From positions 1 through 29,181 of the IMG/VR virus record IMGVR_UViG_3300032092_002835: a stretch of DNA of 29,181 nucleotides; one strand, written 5' to 3'. This document shows, in pieces, positions 8,844 to 15,887 of the stretch. The notes beneath the pieces are model-generated. The model was not told where the DNA came from, did not search any database, and saw only the letters and a list, made by a program, of their open reading frames with translations. The stretch comes from a virus (taxonomy: Duplodnaviria > Caudoviricetes). Each line of letters starts with the position of its first letter. Position 1 is the stretch's first letter. The position numbers and the translations under genes were made by a program.

Positions 8844-9155
8844 TTATTTATTGGGGCCTAGTTTGGCCACAACTGCATGCTTGACTGCTACCCAGGTTGC
8901 AAAGCCCGGATCTGGCACTTCAAACCAAACAGGTATGTCTTTTGGCTGCCAGCGATTCCGATCAAGACGGCGCTTCACGTGTGGTTGGCAGCGCCAATTC
9001 TTGCCGTAATGCTGATTGGCTTCGTGAATAATTTTGTACCAAGTGACACTGTCGGACACTGTGAACCAAATACGGTGCATGGCCAAAGGCGTTTTTTCAA
9101 GCGAGTCAAGTGACTCAGGCATACTCAACGTAGAGGCCTCAATTTTGACAGACAT
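8844..9155 (-). CDS. Hypothetical protein
   Basis: Start reassigned to MSVKIE (AAGGA RBS); 103 aa, Trp-rich. Confidence 0.65.
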   Translation of the reverse strand: MSVKIEASTLSMPESLDSLEKTPLAMHRIWFTVSDSVTWYKIIHEANQHYGKNWRCQPHVKRRLDRNRWQPKDIPVWFEVPDPGFATWVAVKHAVVAKLGPNK

Positions 9156-9180
9156 AAAGTCCTTTCCAGATAATTCCACT

Positions 9181-9335
9181 CGGCATACCCCCGGCTACCA
9201 ACCAGGTTTTGATTGTTTTACCAATCGAGGTCCTTGTCGCATCCTACAAGACTAACGTTCACATGCCACGGCGCAACAGGCCCTGGGTAAGCTACCCTGC
9301 CACACCATTGAACTGCTCAACCTCTTTGACCATGC
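9181..9335 (-). ncRNA. Candidate structured non-coding RNA or long leader
   Basis: Gap with no credible ORF, directly downstream of a perfect sigma70 promoter. At least five hand-identified stems (see findings). Confidence 0.5.
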
Positions 9336-9341
9336 GTAGTA

Positions 9342-9370
9342 ATTATACAAATCACGCGGCTGCTTGTCAA
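9342..9370 (-). promoter_or_regulatory. Sigma70-type promoter
   Basis: TTGACA-17 nt-TATAAT, perfect consensus. Confidence 0.85.
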
Positions 9371-9371
9371 T

Positions 9372-10040
9372 TTATTCGGGCTTGTTCGACAGGCCGCGCC
9401 ACTCTTTGACAGGCTCGCCCCACTGCTTGCCATCCCACTCTACCATGGTAGGAAACGGCCACATAGGTGCTGCCTCAGTAATTGCTTGATAATTGCCTTT
9501 ATGCACAGGCTTGACATCTGCTGAGAACCAATCTGTAACAGCAGGTTCTGGCATGGCGGCAATCAGCTCGTCTAACTCTGCCAACAACTGTTGTTCGGTT
9601 TGCGCTTGAGGCTCAACCGCATCACCCAGGAATACTTGACCAGTGTCTTCGTTGGTCAACTCTAGCGGCCCGTAATAGTAGTATTCAGTGTCATCGTTGC
9701 TCCAGCCCAGAGCTTCAACACCATCATAGCTGTCTTCTTCCCAGGCCTGTTCAAATGCTGTCACATCTTCTTCGGTGGCGTCGCGCAAGGCGTCAATATC
9801 TAGCCAACAACCGTCAGTCATTTCGCACAATTCCCACGACTCGTCGTTGTCAATGCAACCAAGTTCATAACCGTCTTCATTTACCAGTTCTAGATCAGTA
9901 AGCGGACGTTCATCTGATTCCACTGTGAACGTGCCCCAGCGCCAGCCTTGTTCAACAACAATGGCTTTGCTGCCATTGTAGAAAAACATTTTTTCTACTG
10001 CTGATTTTTTGTGTTGTGGTGATAGTTTCCAGGTGGCCAT
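9372..10040 (-). CDS. Hypothetical acidic phage protein
   Basis: Start reassigned to MATWKL (AAGGA RBS); 222 aa, rich in Asp, Glu and Trp. Confidence 0.75.
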   Translation of the reverse strand: MATWKLSPQHKKSAVEKMFFYNGSKAIVVEQGWRWGTFTVESDERPLTDLELVNEDGYELGCIDNDESWELCEMTDGCWLDIDALRDATEEDVTAFEQAWEEDSYDGVEALGWSNDDTEYYYYGPLELTNEDTGQVFLGDAVEPQAQTEQQLLAELDELIAAMPEPAVTDWFSADVKPVHKGNYQAITEAAPMWPFPTMVEWDGKQWGEPVKEWRGLSNKPE

Positions 10041-10050
10041 GTTGTTGTCC

Positions 10051-10263
10051 TTAACTGTCCAGATCCATTTCGCCGGCTTCTTTTGCAAGAATCAGCACTT
10101 CATCCAGTGTGTTGCACAAGATCTTGGCAGTGACATAGTCGCCTTTTTTGTTGCGTCCACCTGCTTCTACCATGAACCCGTTGTCGTAACGATACACAGT
10201 GTATGACTCATTTATCTTGATCAGCTTGTCGCTGATTTTAGATACTGTTGTTTTAGTTGCCAT
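10051..10263 (-). CDS. Hypothetical protein
   Basis: MATKTT..., 70 aa, AAGGAG RBS. Confidence 0.7.
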   Translation of the reverse strand: MATKTTVSKISDKLIKINESYTVYRYDNGFMVEAGGRNKKGDYVTAKILCNTLDEVLILAKEAGEMDLDS

Positions 10264-10717
10264 TTTTTCTCTCCTTGGTAAGTTCACATGTTAACATAAA
10301 TTTCTCCCATGCGTCAACCACTGCGGGATGACTCATAAGTTTGTCAGCTTCGGCCTGCATGGCCTTGACACCTGCTTCGGCTAAATCTCTAGCACTGGAG
10401 TGCATCAGTGGACACAATTCATCACCAAATTCCATGGCTAATTTTTGCCAGGCCTTTAGTTGACCCGGAGTGATGGGAGTTTTTTGTGGCCGCATTTCAC
10501 TGGCCTTGTGCAGGGCCTGACAGATGGCATCTTCAGCCAGTCGGCCAGCAGCAATCATGGCCGCATAGTTAGGTTCCACGTTATACCTACGGGATTGACC
10601 CCCGGGGTATACGCAGACAAGGTGACTACCTTTATGGAAACTATCCAAAAGATCATTATCATACTCAGCCACAGGCCGATACCGCCGTCCAATTTTTTCA
10701 TAGTACACCTTTTTCAT
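10253..10717 (-). CDS. Hypothetical protein
   Basis: 154-aa ORF, ATGA-coupled to the upstream gene. Confidence 0.75.
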   Translation of the reverse strand: MKKVYYEKIGRRYRPVAEYDNDLLDSFHKGSHLVCVYPGGQSRRYNVEPNYAAMIAAGRLAEDAICQALHKASEMRPQKTPITPGQLKAWQKLAMEFGDELCPLMHSSARDLAEAGVKAMQAEADKLMSHPAVVDAWEKFMLTCELTKERKNGN

Positions 10718-11061
10718 TTGTTTACCAGTGTGAGCTTTTCGCTCTTCAAGAGCTTGACCATTTGCCTGTTGCGTTCATCTTGTTCTTTGCGTTCACGCTT
10801 GGCAACATCGCTGATCTTGAGCATTCTATCATAATCTCGTGCCCACAATACACCTTGCATAAACTTGTCAGCAGATTCCAACGAACCAGCAAACAATACA
10901 GCATCACGGCTGTAGATTGGCAATGCCGCCAGGTCCAGGGGCACCAGGGCCACATTCTCACCGTAAACATCCTCATGTTTATAAGCAGTAAACCGCATGC
11001 CAAGAAGTTCTGCACGTTCTTCTAACCTGCGAATTGTTTGAATTGTGTTCCAGCCTGCCAT
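10714..11061 (-). CDS. Hypothetical protein
   Basis: 115-aa ORF within the tightly packed minus-strand array. Confidence 0.7.
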   Translation of the reverse strand: MAGWNTIQTIRRLEERAELLGMRFTAYKHEDVYGENVALVPLDLAALPIYSRDAVLFAGSLESADKFMQGVLWARDYDRMLKISDVAKRERKEQDERNRQMVKLLKSEKLTLVNK

Positions 11062-11067
11062 GATCAG

Positions 11068-11166
11068 TTACCAACTTGAATTGTAAAATACTCGCAAGCC
11101 CAGAAACAATTCTGCTCGAGCAGCCTTGATAAACTCAAGATCCTTCTCATAATACACCTTTTTTAT
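11068..11166 (-). pseudogene. Chimeric 32-codon mini-ORF or gene remnant
   Basis: Reads (I)KKVYYEKDLEFIKAARAELFLGLRVFYNSSW*. The C-terminus matches the 13814-14227 protein, the N-terminus matches the start of the 10253-10717 protein, and the first codon is ATA. Confidence 0.65.
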
Positions 11167-11588
11167 TGATAATCTCGATCCAACTTTGTATTGGTCAGGC
11201 CAGCCAACATCTGAAACTGATCCCATGCTTCCTTTACTGCTGGACGAGTTTGTAATTCAGAATCAGGCAGTACTGCTTCCAACCAAAATTCTGAGCGACG
11301 ACTAGGATGTGCGCCAAACTTGCGTGGCTGGTGAAACTTGCCCAACTTCCATAAGCCCACACTTACACTGCGGAACTTGTCTTCATCCTCTTTGCTGTTA
11401 AAATCGTAATTGCTCCACTCAGGATTACTTCTCCCACCTAAACAGTACGATGACCAAATTCCTTGCCATTGATCATCGTCTTGCGGATCAAAATCTGTAC
11501 GAGATATGATCACCAGCACATCGTCGATGTCTACTCGACCTTCCACAATGTCTCGAACACATCGACTATAACTGAGTCCAATTTTCAT
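11163..11588 (-). CDS. Hypothetical phage protein
   Basis: 141-aa ORF, MKIGLSYSRCVRDIVEG... Confidence 0.75.
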   Translation of the reverse strand: MKIGLSYSRCVRDIVEGRVDIDDVLVIISRTDFDPQDDDQWQGIWSSYCLGGRSNPEWSNYDFNSKEDEDKFRSVSVGLWKLGKFHQPRKFGAHPSRRSEFWLEAVLPDSELQTRPAVKEAWDQFQMLAGLTNTKLDRDYQ

Positions 11589-11783
11589 TTAGCCACCAAA
11601 ATGCTTGATAACAGCATCCAAGTGATGAATCATGATTGTGTTTCCACTTACATCTTCAGGATGCAAGTACTCACCTTTTTTGAAATCAGCTAGTTCTTTC
11701 TTGAGATACTTGCGTTGTTCTTTCATAGTCAGTACTGCAATGCGGTCTGCTGTTTCAAAGTCGATTTCAAGTTTCTTGCTCAT
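11589..11783 (-). CDS. Hypothetical protein
   Basis: MSKKLEID..., 64 aa, AAGGA RBS. Confidence 0.7.
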   Translation of the reverse strand: MSKKLEIDFETADRIAVLTMKEQRKYLKKELADFKKGEYLHPEDVSGNTIMIHHLDAVIKHFGG

Positions 11784-11787
11784 ATTT

Positions 11788-12336
11788 TTATTCCTTGTAC
11801 AATTGATCAAATTTTTCTGGATCAGTTTGGCGTACTCGAATAGCTTCAGTTAGGGCTTGTACCACAAACTCGTTGAAGGTAATGTCACGTTCGTGCGCCA
11901 GTTTCATGTACTTCAGAAGATCTTCATCTGAAAAGTCAACTGTAATCTGTACTCGTGTGTCATAATCCTCACCGGCTCGGATGGCCAGAAACTTTTGCAT
12001 GAAGTCATCATCTACGTCAAGATCAACATAGTCGACATCGTCCCAGGCTTGATTGAGATTCACGTCTCGACTCTGGGCTTCCTTATCATGCTTTTTCACA
12101 TAGTCAGGATTGATCATTCTGTAAGCACGATCGTTGGTGTAGTCGCATACTTCTACGCAATAGACCTTTTGGCTCTTGGTGCTGAACACAATATTGGCAC
12201 TCCAGCCACCCTTGCCATGAACACCATTCCAGTGGCTCAACTGATAGCTGTTGGGTCCAAAGCACTGCCAGCCATAGTCGCCGCCTTCGGTGATCTTGTA
12301 GTCCACCAGTTCCATGAATTCTTTCATTGAGATCAT
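11788..12336 (-). CDS. Hypothetical protein, possible C-terminal ribbon-helix-helix-like segment
   Basis: 182-aa ORF. The C-terminal VQITVDFSDEDLLKYMKLAHERDITFNEFVVQAL has a strand-helix-helix pattern. Confidence 0.65.
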   Translation of the reverse strand: MISMKEFMELVDYKITEGGDYGWQCFGPNSYQLSHWNGVHGKGGWSANIVFSTKSQKVYCVEVCDYTNDRAYRMINPDYVKKHDKEAQSRDVNLNQAWDDVDYVDLDVDDDFMQKFLAIRAGEDYDTRVQITVDFSDEDLLKYMKLAHERDITFNEFVVQALTEAIRVRQTDPEKFDQLYKE

Positions 12337-12428
12337 TTTTGCCTTTCAAAAAATATAAAAATTGCTGACAATGCCAGGGCCAGTGGCAGATTAACGAATG
12401 CCAAGATCAATACCAATAGCCAATGCAT
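12333..12428 (-). CDS. Small hydrophobic membrane peptide (31 aa)
   Basis: MHWLLVLILAFVNLPLALALSAIFIFFERQK*. It fills the gap exactly, with a TAATG overlap to the ligase and an ATGA overlap to the next gene. Below the ORF-track cutoff. Confidence 0.7.
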   Translation of the reverse strand: MHWLLVLILAFVNLPLALALSAIFIFFERQK

Positions 12429-13801
12429 TACAGTTTTTCACCTGCTTCGAATCCGCGGAATCGAACATGTCTAGGGAATCTCAGACTGTATGATCCGTCT
12501 TGATTCTGAGTAACTGCATCAGCTTGGATTTCGCCAATGACACCAAGTAACTGATCCCTGGCAGCCCAAAACTCATCACGATCATTATCGCTATAGCCAG
12601 TACCAACATTAACCCGAATATTTCGTTCATTGTCAACTCCTTCGTAAATTATAGCACCAAGCCGGCCTGCATTGCGACCAGTTCCTTCTTCAAATCCCAC
12701 AATGGTCAAGTCCACTGTGATTGTGGGTTTCCATTTCATCCAGTGATCACTACGCTTGCATTCGTAGGGAGCGTCAAGATTCTTGATCATGATGCCTTCA
12801 TAACCTTGCTCAACTGACGCTTCGGCAAAGCGGCGCATGACATCATGCCCTTCAGCAGTATCCAGATCCACATCCATTCCTGGCATAATACGCAAACAAT
12901 CGGTTTCGTCCAACACCGTTTTTGCACTTTCTAGCCATGCTATACGTTTGTGCTGTTGCAAGTTGCAATGGCCTTCTTTGAGTGCATCCAATGGGATGAT
13001 ATCAAAAATGTGATAAACCATGTCAGTTGTTTTGGCATTGCTTTTGCGTTGTGCCTGTTTCATCAAGGCTTGGAAATTCTCACCCACAATTTCACCATCC
13101 AACACAAAGTGACCACCTGTGCCTCGACCGTATTGGAATGCCCGACGGTTGTTCAGAATAGCCTCAGCAATCTGCGGAAAGTTTTCAAACTCCTTGCCAT
13201 TACGGCTGTATAACACACAGCCATTACCAGACACCACTGCAATAACACGCACACCGTCCAGCTTGACTTCCAGACGTTTGATGCCCTTCATCTTCTTGGG
13301 CTGATCAGTTGAGTCCTGCGCCAATTGTACATTGAACACAGGGATTTTCCATTCTGTTCGGCCCACAACCTTGTTTATGGTCTTTTCACTAACGCCACAC
13401 CGCAGGTCTTTGATCAGCACTCGTCGGCACACCATGTTCCATTCATCGCTGTCAAACTCTTGGCTGATGGCCGTGATACGATCACGAGCTTCGTGCCCGG
13501 TTAGGCTACGAGTACGCAGTGCTTCACACAGACCCCAGAACACAGGCCAGTTATTGGGTCGAGACTCAAGTCCAGTGGTCTCTGGCACTTGCTTGACCCC
13601 AAACACATGGAAGGGGTTGTAGGCCTGATAGCAGTTGAACAAAAAGCATTGAGCATCTGTTGATCCCAGTTTAGAGGCCATTAGAGCTTTTTCGATCACT
13701 TTTTCTTTGTGTATTCGACTGTCGCTGCTTTCAAGATCGCGAATCCATCCTGCAGCCACTACGCCTTCAAACCTTGTGTCACTAAAATCAATTGCATTCA
13801 T
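12428..13801 (-). CDS. lig: ATP-dependent DNA ligase
   Basis: Motif I EVKLDGVR, SRNGK, motif III VLDGEI, motif IIIa FDII, motif IV EGIMIK, motif V WMKWKP, OB-fold VGTG and SLRFPR. Confidence 0.95.
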   Translation of the reverse strand: MNAIDFSDTRFEGVVAAGWIRDLESSDSRIHKEKVIEKALMASKLGSTDAQCFLFNCYQAYNPFHVFGVKQVPETTGLESRPNNWPVFWGLCEALRTRSLTGHEARDRITAISQEFDSDEWNMVCRRVLIKDLRCGVSEKTINKVVGRTEWKIPVFNVQLAQDSTDQPKKMKGIKRLEVKLDGVRVIAVVSGNGCVLYSRNGKEFENFPQIAEAILNNRRAFQYGRGTGGHFVLDGEIVGENFQALMKQAQRKSNAKTTDMVYHIFDIIPLDALKEGHCNLQQHKRIAWLESAKTVLDETDCLRIMPGMDVDLDTAEGHDVMRRFAEASVEQGYEGIMIKNLDAPYECKRSDHWMKWKPTITVDLTIVGFEEGTGRNAGRLGAIIYEGVDNERNIRVNVGTGYSDNDRDEFWAARDQLLGVIGEIQADAVTQNQDGSYSLRFPRHVRFRGFEAGEKL

Positions 13802-13813
13802 ATATTTAATCTC

Positions 13814-14227
13814 TTACCACGAGCTGTTGTAAAACACTCGCAAGCCCAGAAACAGTTCAGCGCGAGCAGCTTTGATGAACGCTAGGTCACTTTCGTAATA
13901 TAATTCATCAGCATCGCTACCAAAAAAGAATCCTGTTGTGGCCGGTAATTTCTTGTGCGTTACTGCCTGCTCCAGTGCATCAATGTCTGCCCAGGTCAGT
14001 TCCAGTTCAACACCGTTGAATGAGCCGTACTCGACATTTTTTGATTTGGCAAGTCGTTCCATCCAGCCATGCAGGTTCGGATGCTTGCGCCAGTATGCAA
14101 TCTCACGTGGTGCAGGCGCAATGGGATTTACCATGTCATTCTTTTCTGCATCCCATTTGGATCCTTGATCGAATGCGGCCTGCTCGCCTTCTTTAGCGGC
14201 CGCATAGGCATACATGTCGAGACCCAT
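13814..14227 (-). CDS. Conserved hypothetical phage protein (MGLDMY...YWRKHPNLHGWM type)
   Basis: 137-aa ORF, TAATG-coupled to the upstream gene. Confidence 0.75.
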   Translation of the reverse strand: MGLDMYAYAAAKEGEQAAFDQGSKWDAEKNDMVNPIAPAPREIAYWRKHPNLHGWMERLAKSKNVEYGSFNGVELELTWADIDALEQAVTHKKLPATTGFFFGSDADELYYESDLAFIKAARAELFLGLRVFYNSSW

Positions 14228-14502
14228 TATGCTGCCACCAACATGGATGCTGGCACATTGTAACGCACACCAACATCGGTGTCCACCAGCACAAACTTCT
14301 GCTTGACCTTGTTGACCTTGCCAGTAAATCTTACACCAGTCTTGCTGTTGACAAATGCCACACGGCTACCAATCACAAAGGTGCCGGTGTTGCGGCGAGT
14401 AAGCTGGGTACGGGCAAACTTGATAGCATCTGCAATGTTGTTGAGCTCATCATTGGAATAGCCATTGGCAATAATTGCACGGGCGATTTCGACTGCTTGC
14501 AT
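14227..14502 (-). CDS. Hypothetical protein, SH3-like C-terminal half
   Basis: 91 aa, AAGGAG RBS, own promoter. FVIGSRVAF...GKVNKV...VLVD...YNVP is a beta-barrel-like pattern. Confidence 0.7.
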   Translation of the reverse strand: MQAVEIARAIIANGYSNDELNNIADAIKFARTQLTRRNTGTFVIGSRVAFVNSKTGVRFTGKVNKVKQKFVLVDTDVGVRYNVPASMLVAA

Positions 14503-14532
14503 ACTAGACTCCTTGTTGCTGTTTAAGTGTTA

Positions 14533-14561
14533 ATTATAGCAGAATGGGAAATAATGGTCAA
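14533..14561 (-). promoter_or_regulatory. Sigma70-type early promoter (copy 1)
   Basis: TTGACC-17 nt-TATAAT with TG extension. Confidence 0.8.
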
Positions 14562-14749
14562 CCGTTTTGCGCAGGGGCAAACAACTGCTGAAAACCATTC
14601 ATTACAGTTCGCAATGCCAGGCGCTCGTCGCGGTGCAGTTCGTCCGAACCACATGCCTGCATGGCTTGTAGGGTTTCTAGCAAGCCACCCTGGACGCCGT
14701 TGTACTGGCCCCATTTGGTGATAAGTTCCAAATGCTGTTTGTATTCCAT
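14558..14749 (-). CDS. Hypothetical protein
   Basis: 63 aa, AAGGAG RBS, own promoter. Confidence 0.7.
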   Translation of the reverse strand: MEYKQHLELITKWGQYNGVQGGLLETLQAMQACGSDELHRDERLALRTVMNGFQQLFAPAQNG

Positions 14750-14779
14750 TTCACGCTCCTTTTTGCTGTCTATGTGTGT

Positions 14780-14808
14780 ATTATAGCAAATTGGGCATTA
14801 ATGGTCAA
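14780..14808 (-). promoter_or_regulatory. Sigma70-type early promoter (copy 2)
   Basis: TTGACC-17 nt-TATAAT with TG extension; near-copy of 14533-14561. Confidence 0.8.
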
Positions 14809-14810
14809 CC

Positions 14811-14841
14811 AAAAGAAAAACCCTGCACAGGGCAGGGTTTT
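14811..14841 (-). terminator. Rho-independent terminator after the porin gene (possibly bidirectional)
   Basis: AAAACCCTGC-cctgt-GCAGGGTTTT followed by TCTTTT on the minus strand. Confidence 0.8.
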
Positions 14842-14849
14842 GTTAGCAA

Positions 14850-14877
14850 AAAGTACTACTTTTTACAGTAGTACTTT
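14850..14877. repeat. Perfect 11-bp inverted repeat
   Basis: AAAGTACTACT-ttttac-AGTAGTACTTT. Confidence 0.75.
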
Positions 14878-14881
14878 GGGT

Positions 14882-15769
14882 TTAGAAATTGTATTCTAGA
14901 CCAACACCAAATTGCTGGCGGTTATTCGTTGCAAGAACTGCTTCGTCTTTGCGGAACACAGCATGAGCAGATGTTGTTTTGCTGAATGCATAAGTGGTCT
15001 GCACGTTGTAGCTCTTGGTGTCAGCGGTGTTGATACCATAAGAACCTTTTACTGTTACAGGAGTTCCTGCTACAGGAACAGCAACACCTACGCTCTTGCC
15101 AGTGTTGACGGTGGCACCAGCAGTTTTTTGCTCGCTCCACAGGCCGTACACAGTGGCAATGCCTGCATTGTAGCTGGCACCGACAGAGCTATAGTCACTA
15201 GCAGAACCAGTGTGACGGGCAGCGCCAACAGCAACACGACCAAAAGTGGCAGCAATACTTCCAACTTGCACGTCATTAGTACCAGCAACTTCAGACAGTC
15301 CACGATCGTAACGCACAGCGGCAGGGCCCACGTTCATAGAACCAAACACAGCATTCTGAATGCGGCTTGACGGCTGAGTGTGAGTGGTTTCAGTGCTGGC
15401 ACCAAAATCATTCACAGGACTAAATGCACTGATTACAGAATCATATGCATGTGATGCACGACCCATACGCACGCCAATCATGTTGTTGGACAAGCCAATA
15501 GTGCTTTCGCGATCGCCTAGGCTGGTGGCACCTGGAGCATCAGCTAACACACTGGTCTCAACAACAGCAGACGCAACAAAACCATTGGCTAACTTTTCAC
15601 TAGCACGGAATCCGAGACGACTGGTATTATTTGTCAAAGCAGTAACACTGCTGGCAGTGCCAACAGCGTCGGTATTCAAATACTGGCGTACTTTACCGTA
15701 CACAGCAACTTGTGCTTGTGCGGCACCTGTAGCCAAAAACATGGCCAAAACTAAAGCAATTTTCTTCAT
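14882..15769 (-). CDS. Gram-negative outer-membrane porin
   Basis: Signal peptide (MKKIALVLAMFLATGAAQA), VAVYGKV, SRLGFRASEKLANG, amphipathic strands, YAFSKTT and C-terminal GVGLEYNF (terminal Phe BAM signal). Confidence 0.9.
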   Translation of the reverse strand: MKKIALVLAMFLATGAAQAQVAVYGKVRQYLNTDAVGTASSVTALTNNTSRLGFRASEKLANGFVASAVVETSVLADAPGATSLGDRESTIGLSNNMIGVRMGRASHAYDSVISAFSPVNDFGASTETTHTQPSSRIQNAVFGSMNVGPAAVRYDRGLSEVAGTNDVQVGSIAATFGRVAVGAARHTGSASDYSSVGASYNAGIATVYGLWSEQKTAGATVNTGKSVGVAVPVAGTPVTVKGSYGINTADTKSYNVQTTYAFSKTTSAHAVFRKDEAVLATNNRQQFGVGLEYNF

Positions 15770-15803
15770 ATATTCTCCTTATAGATTCGTAGTGAAGATA
15801 CTA

Positions 15804-15840
15804 ATTGTAACAGCAATATGACCCAGAGTCAACTGTTACA
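15804..15840 (-). promoter_or_regulatory. Sigma70-type porin promoter bracketed by an 8-bp inverted repeat
   Basis: TTGACT-17 nt-TACAAT; TGTAACAG (15806-15813) and CTGTTACA (15833-15840). Confidence 0.65.
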
Positions 15841-15887
15841 GACTATTACTTATCGTAATAGTAACTGGGATGGGTAAATTGTCTGGA

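Noticed and set aside
9181-9267. tRNA gene
   Set aside because: Cloverleaf-like, but there is no GTTCRA T-loop, no 7-nt anticodon loop and no CCA end. Kept as an unknown structured RNA.
14912-15821. Plus-strand ORFs antisense to the porin (and similar ones antisense to clpX, ligase, nrdA and the tail gene)
   Set aside because: No recognisable motifs; explained by the codon bias of the real minus-strand genes.
15804-15845. Pho box upstream of the porin
   Set aside because: Only isolated half-site-like words (CTGTAAC, GTCAT), without the 11-bp direct-repeat spacing. The symmetry is inverted rather than direct.
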